A stretch of 63,930 bases of DNA, filler included, from Octopus bimaculoides (lineage: Eukaryota): the NCBI RefSeq assembly GCF_001194135.2. It is 6 parts of 6 records of this genome, joined end to end, with 100 filler letters (N's around TTAATTAATTAA, not from the genome) between each part and the next. Parts side by side here need not be neighbours in the genome. Positions count along the whole stretch, not along the records: positions 21,837 to 41,950 come from NC_068994.1; positions 42,051 to 48,715 come from NC_069002.1; positions 48,816 to 59,710 come from NC_069010.1; 3 more parts are not named here. The stretch is one strand, 5' to 3'. Of this stretch, positions 40,552 through 53,300 are shown one piece after another. Within the stretch, counting starts at the first letter, position 1. Every line of letters starts with the position of its first letter. The notes below the pieces were generated by a model, which searched no databases, had not been told where the DNA came from, and saw only the letters and a list, made by a program, of their open reading frames with translations. The position numbers were made by a program, and so were the translations under genes.

Positions 40552-41205
40552 CATTCACACACACACACACACATATGTACATGCATACATATGTGTGTGA
40601 ATGTATGTAGGTATAGGTGTGTGTGTGTGTGAGTTTGTGTGTGTGTGTGTGTGTGTGCGTGCGCGTGTGAGCACTGGATATTTTTAATTCTATATTTTCC
40701 TGTCATTAAGTGATTAATTTTCATTTTCTACCAGATTCTTTATTATAATGAAAACGAAAATAGAAGGAAGAAAATATAAACTTGCAGATAATTAATTTAC
40801 CATTTCCACATAGGCATTTCCTCACTTTATTTGTGCAAGATTCGGCAGTAGTGTCTGAGGTGTTTGAAAAATGATTACATTCTGTACAACGAAGAAAACA
40901 AAAAGCAAATAAAAGACAGGACTCACCTAAATTTCATATCACACAGTTTTTATTTATATCTAATGATTTTCATAATTACAAATTTGTAACGTTATTAATG
41001 CTCAATTATTGATATAATTTTTGATATTATTTTCTTATAAACAACTATTTTCTTTATTATAAGGCAATAATAGTTTTTTTTTAATGNNNNNNNNNNNNNN
41101 NNNNNNNNNNNNNNNNNNNNNNNNNNNNNNNNNNNNNNNNNNNNNNNNNNNNNNNNNNNNNNNNNNNNNNNNNNNNNNNNNNNNNNNNNNNNNNNNNNNN
41201 NNNNN

Positions 41206-41247
<42 letters not shown>

Positions 41248-41868
41248 GTAACATTGTTTCCTAATAAAAGTGTTTCCTTTTAACCACATTTAATTGATTA
41301 TAAAATAAAATTATGTAAGTTTTTAATGCAGACACACACACACACATGTATGTATGTTTGTATGTATGTATATCACAACATACATGTATATATAAACCTA
41401 CATAGATATATGTGTACACACATACATGCATACATACATACATACATACAAACATGCGAGCATGCCTGCATACAGTGTAGTCAACGAAGTGAACATATGC
41501 CAAGGGAAATAACTCTGTTCAACTACACACACACTCTAAGAAGACTGAGGTCTTGGAACAAGTTTTTTTTGTATAACCTCGCGTGTGGTGTTACCAGCTT
41601 TGACTATTTTCTTTTGATAAAGTTACCTTTTTATCCAAATTAAAGATTTAACAGGGACTATTACTGACACTGCTGTTCCCATGGCATATCATTATCGTTA
41701 TCTGCCAATATTTAGAGACTAATTGAACATTTAAATTATCTTCTTATGACCCTACCATAAGAATACTTGAGTTCTTTACTAATCTAAACAATATTGCTAG
41801 CCTGGTGTACTTACTGAGAGCTAATAATGTATTTTTCCCAGATTTATTATCCCTCACTAATAACTCTG

Positions 41869-41950
<82 letters not shown>

Positions 41951-42050
41951 NNNNNNNNNNNNNNNNNNNNNNNNNNNNNNNNNNNNNNNNNNNNTTAATT
42001 AATTAANNNNNNNNNNNNNNNNNNNNNNNNNNNNNNNNNNNNNNNNNNNN
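41951..42050. other. Artificial scaffold-join spacer
   Basis: 44 N + TTAATTAATTAA (41995-42006) + 44 N. Confidence 0.95.
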
Positions 42051-42082
<32 letters not shown>

Positions 42083-43253
42083 ATGTTTATATTTATGTGA
42101 ATGAGTATACTTTTATTAAAGGTCCAAAATAATCACAAAATTTGTTACTCAGAGTTTCACGTTCCCATTCGTCGGACAGTTGTGAGGAAAACTTTGGCAT
42201 TCGAGTACTACCTTTCCATCATGTGTTGAACTAACGTACTCACATACATACATACATACATACATACTTAATACATATTGTTTGGGACAAAGGGGCAAAG
42301 GTATGTACCATCATAGTGGTCAGCTGTCCTACATCTCTAAGAAATGATCACTTTCTCCTACGTCTGTGAGTCATTGACGAGTGGAAAATGAAGAGAGATG
42401 TGGGTAATTCAAATTTTGTAGACAACATTGAACTGCCTCAGGGGTACCGACTCACGTTTTGTTTTTCTTGTGGTTTAATCCTAAATATATGGCCGGAAGG
42501 CAGTGAAGTCTTAGAATCGTTTTTCCAAGGGTTAATGATCTCCATCTACCCGACTGACTTGCTAATTAGTCCATAACTGAAGCCCTGATGCGTGATACAA
42601 CTCCGGGTGAGAGCAGACAGGGGCTCAACAGTGGCTAAGAAGTGGCCCCAGACTAGTCATAAACTTGGAACACCCGAACAAGGAGTCCATTACTGGATGC
42701 AGTTTAGATAATCACCAAGGATTAGTGATGGTGGTGATAGCATCTATAAGCGGTGGGGAGAATAATTGTAAAGGGGAGTTGATAAACCATCGGTACATGT
42801 AGAATAATTTGGACAACTATTGTATAAAGAATTGTTGCTGAATATACCGCTTGAATTTATCCTTTCGTTTATAAGACGGCGTGGGTATGACCTGGGGAGA
42901 ATTGATGCTATTCCAAATAAGCCGTTTCAGAGCGTAGATGTTCCATCTATTTAAGAGAAATGTTTGGTGGGTGCTATTATTTTGTTACTCACTTGTTTCC
43001 ATTCTCTTTCCTCAATTGTACTGATAATATGCATGATATCAATCGCAAATGGAAATTAATACCGCGTCCCGAACCCACTCGACCAAAGAGGAAACTATTG
43101 AGTAAGTACATTAACAAACATCAGTGCTGTGCAGAGATAATAAAATATTTCTGTTGAACATACTGTATAATAATAATAATAATGACAATGTTAATTCATC
43201 CGAAACGTCGGTCTATTATTATATTAACTATTTTTTTCTTTCTTATTCTTCAG

Positions 43254-43400
43254 TTTATGTATTCCTTGGAGATCAGAATGGCATCGTGGATTTCATGTGC
43301 AATCTTTACGACATGGGAGTTTTGGATGGAGGCAAATATATTGTTATCTACATTGATCATATGCCTTACAATAAGAATGGTTCCTTGAAGTATTTTAAAA
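43254..43400 (+). CDS. Internal exon of a receptor-type guanylyl cyclase / natriuretic peptide receptor-like extracellular ligand-binding domain (YVFLGDQNGIVDFMCNLYDMGVLDGGKYIVIYIDHMPYNKNGSLKYFK)
   Basis: Long T-rich tract + cttcag acceptor; AAAA|GTAAGT donor; 147 nt, phase 1/1, open. The YVFLG...GxLDxGxYxVIYID pattern resembles the ANF_receptor domain of invertebrate Gyc76C-type cyclases (recalled, not searched). Confidence 0.72.
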
Positions 43401-43466
43401 GTAAGTTCTTTTCATATATACATCAATAGATACGTATATACATATATACATACATACATACATACA

Positions 43467-44875
43467 GGCGTAGGTGTGGCTGTGTTGTAAGAAGCTTGCG
43501 TTCATATCATGTGGTTCAGTCCCACTGCGTGGAGCCTTGAACATGTGTCTTCTACTATTGCCACGGGCCAACCAATGCCTTGTGAGCGGATTTGGTAGAC
43601 CGAAACTGAAAGAAGCCCGTCATATATAAGGTGGGTAACATATTTGGGGACAGATTTATGTTTATAAAAAAAGCAGATATAGAATAACAGATAATAACTT
43701 TATTTATCAAAAAAATGTTATGAAGAAAAAATAAACCTTTTCTATAATGTTATTGAATAAAGCCACCTTCAGCTTCAACAACTGCTTCTATATGAGATCT
43801 AAATCATCTACATGCTCGAATAAAGTGGTCCTGGTTCATTTTGGGCATTATTCTGACCATGGCAGCTTTCAAAGAATCTTTGGTGTTATGGGCGTGTTCA
43901 TTGACCTCTCTCTCAACAATGCTCCACATGTAATAGTCCAATGTATTGAGATCTGGCGAATTAGGAGGCCAAATGTTAGGGGTTATGTGATTATGAAAAT
44001 TTTCATCTATCCATTCCTGTGTTACTAGAGTCATGTGTAATAGTGCAGAACCTTACTGAAACACATATGGCCTTCCAGTGCATACACTGTCTATCCAGGG
44101 CATAAAGATTACTTCCAGGACCTCAATGTAGGCGGCAGAGTTAACTCTAAGGCCTTCTGGAAAGAGGTAAGGAGGCATCACATGTCCTTCATTACTGACA
44201 ACCCTAGAATGATAACATTTGCAGGAAATTTTGTATGCATAACACTTGGAACTTCAGAAGCGTCTGCACGTAAACATGTCATTTTTTCTGTTAACCTTTT
44301 TATCATGGTCGAAGTATTTCTCAGTTTGAGAAAAACCAATCAAATCTTCTGCTGGATTTTTCAGTTTGTTTAAGAGCCTTTTAGATTTGATGTAGTGATT
44401 TTATTTTGCTTTTGCGGACAAATTGATCTTTCCTCATCATATAAGACTTATATCTGATGTCTTTATGGACAACATTTCTGACTCCTCCTTCTGACACATG
44501 GAAATCATTTGCAATTGACCTCATGGACTTTCTGGAATTGTAATCAATGGTCTGTTGAACTTGCTGGATAAATTCAGGTGTTCTGATGACTTCAGTGTGT
44601 TTAGAATGCTTTTTATACTTTGATACTGGTGATACATTTCCATCTTCAGTCTCTAGCTCCTTACAAACTTTGTAGACAAAAGATCTGACAAATTTTAAAA
44701 ATCGAGATATTTCTAAATCGTTCTTTTATAACCACAATAACAGCATGGCTCATCATTTCTTGAGTAAGCTATTGGCCTGCCGTTATTATTTTCTGAAACA
44801 AAGATTATGCAGCAATGACCCCCAAAATGTATGTCTTCAAATACCTTACGCACCCTGTATATGTATGTATGTATG

Positions 44876-44933
<58 letters not shown>

Positions 44934-45140
44934 TATAGTTTGTCCTCCCACCATCGCTTGACAACTGATGTTACTATGTTTACGTCCCTCTAACTTAGCG
45001 GTTCGGCAAAAAAGACTGATATAATAATTACTAGACTTACAACGAATAAGTTCTGGGGTCGATTCCCTCCACTAAAATATTCTTTAACGTGGTGCTCCAG
45101 CATGGCTGCAATCGGATGACTGCAACAAGCAAAAGAATAA
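43467..45140 (+). mobile_element. SINE family A copy split by the maT transposon
   Basis: 5' half at 43467-43621 and 3' half at about 44940-45140 flank the 43627-44857 element. Confidence 0.8.
43627..44857 (-). mobile_element. Degenerate Tc1/mariner-superfamily element, maT-like (DD37D spacing)
   Basis: Imperfect TIRs (CAGGGTGCGTAAGGTATTTG / TAAGGTGGGTAACATATTTG) flanked by TA. Minus-strand PYVFQ*GSA...WPPNSPDLNTLDYYMW, with 37 residues between the second-Asp position (mutated) and the third Asp. Confidence 0.85.
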
Positions 45141-46405
45141 AAGAATAGAAGAATACATACGTACATACATACATACATACATACATACATGCATACGTAC
45201 ATACATACATACATACATACATACATACATACATACATACACGTATTCTTTTGGTTTATTTTTGTCCTAACGCGTTGGGTACTGGCTTGAAAGTACCTCT
45301 TCTATCAAATCACCTCCTGTATGAAAATAAGAATGCAAGTGCTCTCTCTCTCTCTCTNNNNNNNNNNNNNNNNNNNNNNNNNNNNNNNNNNNNNNNNNNN
45401 NNNNNNNNNNNNNNNNNNNNNNNNNNNNNNNNNNNNNNNNNNNNNNNNNNNNNNNNNNNNNNNNNNNNNNNNNNNNNNNNNNNNNNNNNNNNNNNNNNNN
45501 NNNNNNNNNNNNNNNNNNNNNNNNNNNNNNNNNNNNNNNNNNNNNNNNNNNNNNNNNNNNNNNNNNNNNNNNNNNNNNNNNNNNNNNNNNNNNNNNNNNN
45601 NNNNNNNNNNNNNNNNNNNNNNNNNNNNNNNNNNNNNNNNNNNNNNNNNNNNNNNNNNNNNNNNNNNNNNNNNNNNNNNNNNNNNNNNNNNGCCTATAAT
45701 AGGACATCTACTCGCTAGAAATAGCAGCAAAAGACTACATACCACAAAAATTAGGGATAATTTCGAAAGGAAATGAAAAATAAAAACTTTTACCAATCTA
45801 TATTCTGTACCATGGTTTCAAGTCAATTTTAGTAAGATAAAAAATATTTATATCTTACAAGGTCGGACTATCATCAGCAGAAATGACCACACAACATATG
45901 AAGCACGAATCAAATAAGCAGCATGGTTCGTGTTCCTATGTCTAATTGTTCGAAATATACCGCGTATTTGCGGTTTACCTAATCGGCAGCAAATACAAAG
46001 GTGAAAACAAACATTAATACACACACACATAAAAACAGATAGACGCACAGATTTATATACATAGATAGAGAGACAGAAAGACAGACGGACAGACAGAGAC
46101 AGAGAGAACACTTATTCATATTTTTGACATCTTTATTTACGAATTGCTATTTTCTTCTCTTAAATATTTTTGTTTTATTCTTACTTTGCTAATAATCAGT
46201 ATTAAAGTCTATATATACCGTCTACAACAGTCATATTTCATAGCTCTATTTTCTTCAACTATATGACATCAATTCCAAAAGGCCAATAACTCTTTCATAT
46301 ATTATTCTGGCCATCACAAGTCACGTAAATTAATTCAGTCACGAGGAAACTGAAAATAGACGTAACGAAAATAGACATCAAAATAGTTTCCATTTCGATT
46401 ACATA

Positions 46406-46469
<64 letters not shown>

Positions 46470-46510
46470 GATTGATTGATTGNNNNNNNNNNNNNNNNNN
46501 NNNNNNNNNN

Positions 46511-46552
<42 letters not shown>

Positions 46553-47349
46553 ATGCCATCAAAGTGACACTGGGGTAAAATATACGAAGCCCAGTATACC
46601 CATCATGACTACCCGTCTGATAAGGGTACACAAGGCACATGCCCTAGGAAGCTGGACCGCTTCCTGTGTCCTTAAGTTTGTGAAGGGGAGACAAGCTCCC
46701 CCACCCAGCCTAGCCAGCATTCAGGGACATGTTTCTGAGTCTTTGCTCGTTTCTGAGTTTCTGACATGTTTCTGAGTCTTCCTGTCAAGGCCGACAGGAA
46801 GCAGTAGTGTGTTCCCTTATTGGGATTGTCACATTAAGTTGACAATATACTACAACTTTGTCGCTCCACTACTGCTTAAATCTCTCTGAGAGATTTAGAA
46901 ATATTATATTTCTAATATATATATATATATATGTATATATTATTTCAAGGATATATACATCTCTTAAAGGGATTTCAGCATCCATGTTCTCCGGCTTTAT
47001 CCAGTGTATCAGTGAAATACTGAAAAATAGCAGCTTCGCATTGATGGATATGGGTATATGCATAAGAAAAATGAAAATGGAGAAATTGATATACAGACTG
47101 AATTTAATGCTGTGTTTACCAATGATGTAATAACACATCGGGATGTATTTCCTTTTCCTGTTTTTTTATGTTTTATTTATATTCTTGTAAAATTAATGTG
47201 GGATATAGAATATGGAATATATAATATATAATACAAAAATAGATGGTACGATGAAATGAAGTATTGAATGTCTTATTGAATATATTAAATAAAATAATAT
47301 ATTCCTCTATACACAATCATACAAACCCTCTTTTTTGTATTTATTTTTA

Positions 47350-47413
<64 letters not shown>

Positions 47414-47742
47414 GAAAGGTATGTGCCTTCGTAGTTAGGGTGTTGCGCTCACGAGCGCGAGATAGTTGTTTCGTCTCCAAGACAAGGCGATGCGTTTTGT
47501 TCCTGAACAGAACAATTCGTTTTATCTCGCCGCAGTCCGCTCAGCTGTAAATAGGTAACCCTACTACGGATTGGCATTCCTTTCAGAGTGAGGAGGCAGG
47601 CCTGCCCCCCCCCTTCACCCAATCCATCATGGTGGCATTATTCGGAACCTACAACAATGTTAAAACGTGCTTTGTGACGAGCAGTTTATAATCAGAAAAA
47701 GATATGACAAAAGAACAGTCGATTATTTTATAGACTTCATTA

Positions 47743-47821
47743 GCTTACAGCTGTTTCAGCGATAAGATGCAGTGGACTTATAATTGAGTGATTGTGTAAC
47801 ACATTATTGCTTCATCAGAGC
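47743..47821 (-). ncRNA. Minimal type I hammerhead ribozyme motif with palindromic helix III (Penelope-like-element type)
   Basis: Minus strand reads GCU-CUGAUGA-AGCAAUAA-(38 nt)-UUAUCGCU-GAAAC-AGCUG-UA-AGC. Intact core; stem I GCU/AGC; stem II 7 of 8 bp; helix III is the palindrome ACAGCUGU; GUA cleavage triplet. Confidence 0.7.
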
Positions 47822-48517
47822 ACCAGTCACGCGGTTTATCAAATATTCGTTTATTACTTTGTCATCTTTTTCTCTTGTTACTTTCTCTTGTTAATTTTCT
47901 TCATCCAGAAACATACGTATATTCATTTCTCCACCAGGTGATTAGTATTCAAATGCCTAAGTGAAAAAAACTGCCATCCAGAGGATCGTCAGCAAACAAC
48001 TTGTTGATGACCGATTAATTAATCAACAAGTCATTGCTCATGTTTTTTTTTTATACGGTTGGAGTTATGTAACATTAAGCAATCTAACTGTGTTTATATC
48101 AACAACAACCACTGATGAAACAATTGTAGCAATATGAGATCGCCCATTTGTCTGTGTTTATTGTGCTTTGGTGCCAAGGTCGTCTTTACTTTTCATCCTT
48201 ATGGGGACGATAAAATCAGTAGCAGTTGCGTACTGAAGTCGATATAATCGACTGGCGCCCAGCTATCATATTCTAACCCTACTGCCGATAGTAGAAATTC
48301 ATAGTCTTTACACCACGCTTAAGTTCCCATTTAACGTAAGATACTTTTCGATATTTTTGGATACAAATGGAATTGCGGATTACCAAACAGTGAATTTCCC
48401 ATATCGGTGCTTTTTTTGTGCTAAGATAATGGATTATTTAGCCGTCCGTTTTTCGTCATTCTGTCTACTTACGTGAGCCTTGAGCCTTTACGGATTACCT
48501 GCAATTAAAGCAACACC

Positions 48518-48548
<31 letters not shown>

Positions 48549-48680
48549 GCACAAACACACAGACAAACACACCAACATGCGCGCGCACTTATATACATAT
48601 ATATACATATATTGAGGGGGATAGATAGATAGAAAGAAGGATAGATAGGCAAACAGAAGGATAGATAGATTGATATACAT

Positions 48681-48715
<35 letters not shown>

Positions 48716-48815
48716 NNNNNNNNNNNNNNNNNNNNNNNNNNNNNNNNNNNNNNNNNNNNTTAATTAATTAANNNNNNNNNNNNNNNNNNNNNNNNNNNNN
48801 NNNNNNNNNNNNNNN
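48716..48815. other. Artificial scaffold-join spacer
   Basis: 44 N + TTAATTAATTAA (48760-48771) + 44 N. Confidence 0.95.
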
Positions 48816-49409
48816 GTGCGGGTGGCACATAAAAGACACCATTTCGAGCGTGGCCGTTTTCGTGCGGGTGGCACATAAAAGACACCATTTCGAGCGTGGC
48901 CGTTTTCGTGCGGGTGACACGTAAAAACACCCACTACACTCTCTGAGTGGTTGGCGTTAGGAAGGGCATCCAGCTGTAGAAACTCTGCCAAATTAGATTG
49001 GAGCCTGGTGCTGCCATCCGGTTTCACCAGTCCTCAGTCAAATCGTCCAACCCATGCTAGCATGGAAGGCGGACGTTAAACGATGATGATGATGATGATG
49101 ATGATGATTGTGGATTGGTTGGGGGCTGATGAGGGATCAAAAACTTATTATATACGCCCATTACCAATTTTTCATCTTCGACCTCATTCTTGTTTACATC
49201 AGGCATCTCTGATACAAAATGTCATAACTAAATCAGTGCTGGCTATAATTTCTTTTGAAAATCTATTGAAATAACCTGAACAAGTGATGGAATAGCACTG
49301 CCATTAATGCTAATGCATTCAAACAGTGAACCTCATGACCACGCTACAAAACTAATTTAGTTCTCTTAATTAAACAATTTAAAAAATGAACCAGCTCAAC
49401 AAATAAGTA

Positions 49410-50615
49410 CAAGGGTGGACTGAAAAGATCAAAGGCTGACTATGAAGGAGTATTGCTGGAGGTCTTGCATGCCTTTATTTCAACTCTGCATATTAATAAC
49501 TGCCTTGTTTCCGTTCAGGAAAACTGACATCTGACTGTTCAAAGAAGACTTCAAACGCAACAACTTTTCTCAAAATTAGATAAAATGTGCATCATGTTAT
49601 AATCACGTACCTTCAGAATAAGGCTTTAGCCCACATGGGCGTTCATGCTGACATAATTGCTACATGACAGGATGACGTTCCAGCTTTATCAACAATGCAA
49701 AAGTGGGCAGCTGAATTTAGGAGAGTCTTGAAGTTGACCTAATGTATGGACATCCTACAACTGCCACCAACAAGGAAAACATTGATCATGTTCACCACAT
49801 GTTGATGAACAACAGGCGATTGACTATAAATCAAATAGCCCATGTTATTAGCATATCCCTTGAGAGAGTTGAGAATGATCTGAACAACTTGGCACAATGA
49901 AGGTTTATGCTCAATGGGTGCCGCACCTTCTGACACCTGATCAAAAGTGCTGTTCGCACGGCAGGAAAATCTGACATTGTTTGAGGCTGATTCACCTAGT
50001 CTCCTTGAATGTTTTGTAACCCATGATGAGGTGTAAGATTCATCTAAGACATAGAGACAATCTTTGCAGTGGAAACATCCTTCCTCACCTGCTTGAATGA
50101 AAACCAAGGTCATTTCATCTGCAGGAAAGTTGATGGTCTCAGTTATTTGATATCAAAACGCTTTGTGTTTATCGACTATTTTCAGAAGGGCCACATTTTC
50201 AATGAAGAGTACCATAACAGCTTGCTGAAGCAGTTAACAAACACCCAGAAAAACTAATGAAAGGGTTCTTCTTTCATCAGGACAATGCTCTAGCACACAT
50301 ATCCTTGCTTTCAATGGCTGCTGTGCATGACTATAGCTCTGAATTGGTTGATCGCCCTTCCTATTCTCCTATTTTGGTTCATGAAAAACACGTGGCTAGG
50401 AACCAGTATCGCAGTGATAATGTGGTCATATCTGCTGTTGATGACTTTTTTGACCATGGGATGAAAGTATCTGCACCAATGGGATCCGAGCATTGCAATA
50501 CCAATGGAATAGTTGTATCAAGCGTAAGTGGGGACTACATTGAAAAATAAACCTCATTTGGTTACATTCTATGAGAGTATTTTGGTCAGACTATAAACTT
50601 TTCAGCCACTCCTCA
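49410..50615 (+). mobile_element. Full-length degenerate mariner DNA transposon
   Basis: Imperfect TIRs (caagggtggactgaaaagatc... / ...cttttcagccactcctca) flanked by TA. Transposase remnants WAAEF, WVPHLLTPDQK, FVTHDE, FHQDNALAH, PSYSP with stops and frameshifts; about 1.2 kb. Confidence 0.92.
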
Positions 50616-50654
50616 TATTTATTGCATGAACAACCTCAAAAGTCACTGCACACC

Positions 50655-50689
<35 letters not shown>

Positions 50690-50793
50690 TACATATATAT
50701 ATATATAAATTCTCTGTTGAACGTATACAAGAATGTTACAATTTTATAAATTCAAATTACTGAAATTTATTAAAATATTTGTTGATTAATCAG

Positions 50794-50906
50794 GTATTGA
50801 TGAAATAATGGCCAAATATGTCGCGCACCTCCTTCTTAAAGACCCACTCAATTTACGTAAAGAGAAAATTGATCAAGACATTTTCAAAGATTCTGGTCAT
50901 ATTCAG
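50794..50906 (+). CDS. GCLC-like: GCLC-like internal exon (G-IDEIMAKYVAHLLLKDPLNLRKEKIDQDIFKDSGHIQ)
   Basis: taatcag acceptor; CAG|GTAAAA donor; 113 nt (2+37 codons). About 18/38 identities by hand to recalled human [38 protein letters not shown]. Confidence 0.9.
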
Positions 50907-51358
50907 GTAAAATATTTTGGTTCAATATTGTTATTTACAAATAAATTAGTGAGATTTATAAAAAAATAACATGATAATGCACTAATTCCTTCCTTGGTTT
51001 CTTGACATTGGCTGGAGACGCAGGAGAACAAGTCATGATATACAATGTTTAGAGAATTTTAGATTTGGCGGAACCCACCCTTTCTAGCTGTAATTACAAT
51101 GGATTTCTTCCTGACACACAGACAGTTTCGCAAACAGAGAAGAATCTTCCCTAATATTGGTTTCAAATTTTGGCACAAAGCCAACAATTTTAAGTAGGAG
51201 GATAGTCGATTACATCAACCCCAGTGTTCAACTGGTACTTATTTAATTGATCCCGAAAAGATGAAAGACAAAGTCAACCTCGGTTGAATTTGAACTCAGA
51301 ATGTGAAGACAGACGAAAAGCTTAGCACCTACTTTCATTTCTTACCAATATGCCATAA

Positions 51359-51590
51359 GGGCGGCGAACTGGCAGAATTGTTAACATGTCGGGCGAAATG
51401 CTTAGCGATATTTCATCTGCCGTTATATTCTGAGTTCAAATTCCGCTGAGGTTGACTTTGCCTTTCATCCTTTTGGGATCGATTAAATAAATACCAGTTA
51501 TGCACTGGGGATCGATATAATCGACTTAATCTCTTTGTCTTCCTTTGTTTGCTCCCTCTATGTTAAGCCCCCGGTAGGCAATAAAGATTT
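51359..51590 (+). mobile_element. Second tRNA-type SINE family (family C) with a gcctttcatccttt...gtcgataa central motif
   Basis: ggcggcgaactggcagaat...ttctgagttcaaattccgctgaggttgactttgcctttcatcc. Related copies at about 14255-14420 (-), 19790-19950, 33310-33510, 51200-51320 (-), 52150-52350 and 52910-53050. The central motif resembles Nin/Deu-type SINE domains (recalled). Confidence 0.75.
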
Positions 51591-51611
51591 TAAAATAATA
51601 TGCCATAATTA

Positions 51612-52138
51612 CTATATATACTCGGAGATAGGTAGCACATATTTTACCCAAAATTTCAATAAAAATCAGGGGTGTGACCTATCCACTAGACATCACAAAG
51701 ATTTGAAGTAGACAGCGGTTTATCAGCTCTCCAGAAGAATGTTCGAGTTTCAATCCTGATGAAGTTTAATTACGATATCTAATGAATAAACACTTTTCTT
51801 ATGTAACGTTTTTTCTGTTCTGTTTGTAATTTTAGATGCTTTTCTTGTCAAGTTGATATTTATTGATTTTTTTTCGTCGAGTTGATTTATCCATTAGAAT
51901 ATTTTCATGAAGTCACTTCTACAAAAATGTTTTAATAATTGTTTGCAAAGTTTTGAAATAAAGGTGAATATTTGATACTATTCAACAAATATTAGTTATA
52001 TTTACATTAAAAAGGGTCAAGTAACTCCCCAGATTATAGTGTGATCTATCTGTGAGATAACCGCAAATACCTACTTCAGCAACCCCAAACTAAGGGCACA
52101 ACCTATCCCTAGTGCAATCTATCCATGAGTATATATGG
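51612..52138. mobile_element. TA-flanked MITE (Tc1/mariner/pogo-like ends)
   Basis: TA|CTATATATACTCGGAGATAGGTAGCAC versus the reverse complement of GTGCAATCTATCCATGAGTATATATGG|TA. Confidence 0.6.
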
Positions 52139-53300
52139 TAAAAAGAAACTGTAGAATTGTTAGAATGCCGGACAATATACTTAGCGGCATTTGTTCCGAC
52201 TCTCTACGTTCTGAGTTCAAATATCAGCAAGGTTAAATTTGCCTTTCGTTCTTTCAGTGTCTTTGAAATAAGCACCAGTTATACATTGAGGTCAGTGCAA
52301 TTGACTTACACTCTCTCCTAAAATTGCTGACCTTGTGCCAAAATTTGAAACCATTTTCATTGCTTCAATGAAGGCATGGCTGTGTGGTAAGAAGCTTGCT
52401 TCCCAAACACATGGTTCTATGTACAGTTCCACTGTGTGGCACCTTGGGTAAATGTCTTCTACTATAGCCTCGGGCCAGCCAAAGTCTTGTGAGTGGATTT
52501 GGTAGACAGATGGTGTAAGAAACTTGACACATATATCTGTGTGTGTGTGTGTGTGTGCGTGCATGCACATGTCTTTGCGTCTGTGTTTGTCCCACGCCAC
52601 TGCATGACGACCAGTGTTGGTGTGTTTATGCGCTGGTCACCCAGGAGAAGTGACCGATAGAATAAGTCACCAGACTTAAAAAATAAGTCCTAGGGTCAAT
52701 TCATTCGACAAAAATTCTTCGACCCAGTGCCCCAGTATGGCCGCAATCTAATGACTGAAACAACTGAAAAATAAGAGATAAAAGATAAACATAAAGAATC
52801 TTTAGAATTCAGTTAAACATCAAAATTTATTAACAAAATGTGTTAGAGTTGTAACATTGATAATATTTTAATATGATATTAATATGATTTAAATATAATA
52901 TTGCTAGCATACCAAGCGGAATACTTAGCGGCATTTCGTCCATCCTTATGTTCTGAGTTCAAATTCCACCAAGGTCTTGAGTACTGGTGTTAATATAATT
53001 GACTTAACTCCTCCTCTGAAATTCTTGAACTTGTGCTAAAATTTGAAGCTGATATTAAATGACTAAACTCTCTTTATCGAAGCATACCAAACAATCAAGC
53101 CCCATAACGTCTGCAATAGATAATTCTGGGCATTTCAGTTACTGTGATCTTGAATGCAATAATGTTGTTTAAATATAAAGCATTCGTAGAACATGTTGCA
53201 GCCTTTAATCTTATTTTGTTGTCATAAGAATGTATTTTTTGAAACATGAAGACTTATTAAGAAATAGGATCATAGGGTTAATGGTTACAATATTTCAATA

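Noticed and set aside
47034-47144. Open frame LRIDGYGYMHKKNENGEIDIQTEF as a further cyclase exon (resembles GYMxxxDENGD)
   Set aside because: A-rich acceptor, poor donor, and no match beyond the short motif.
48112-48130. CTGATGAAACAATTGTA with a palindromic helix III-like segment
   Set aside because: Core elements overlap and there is no stem II.
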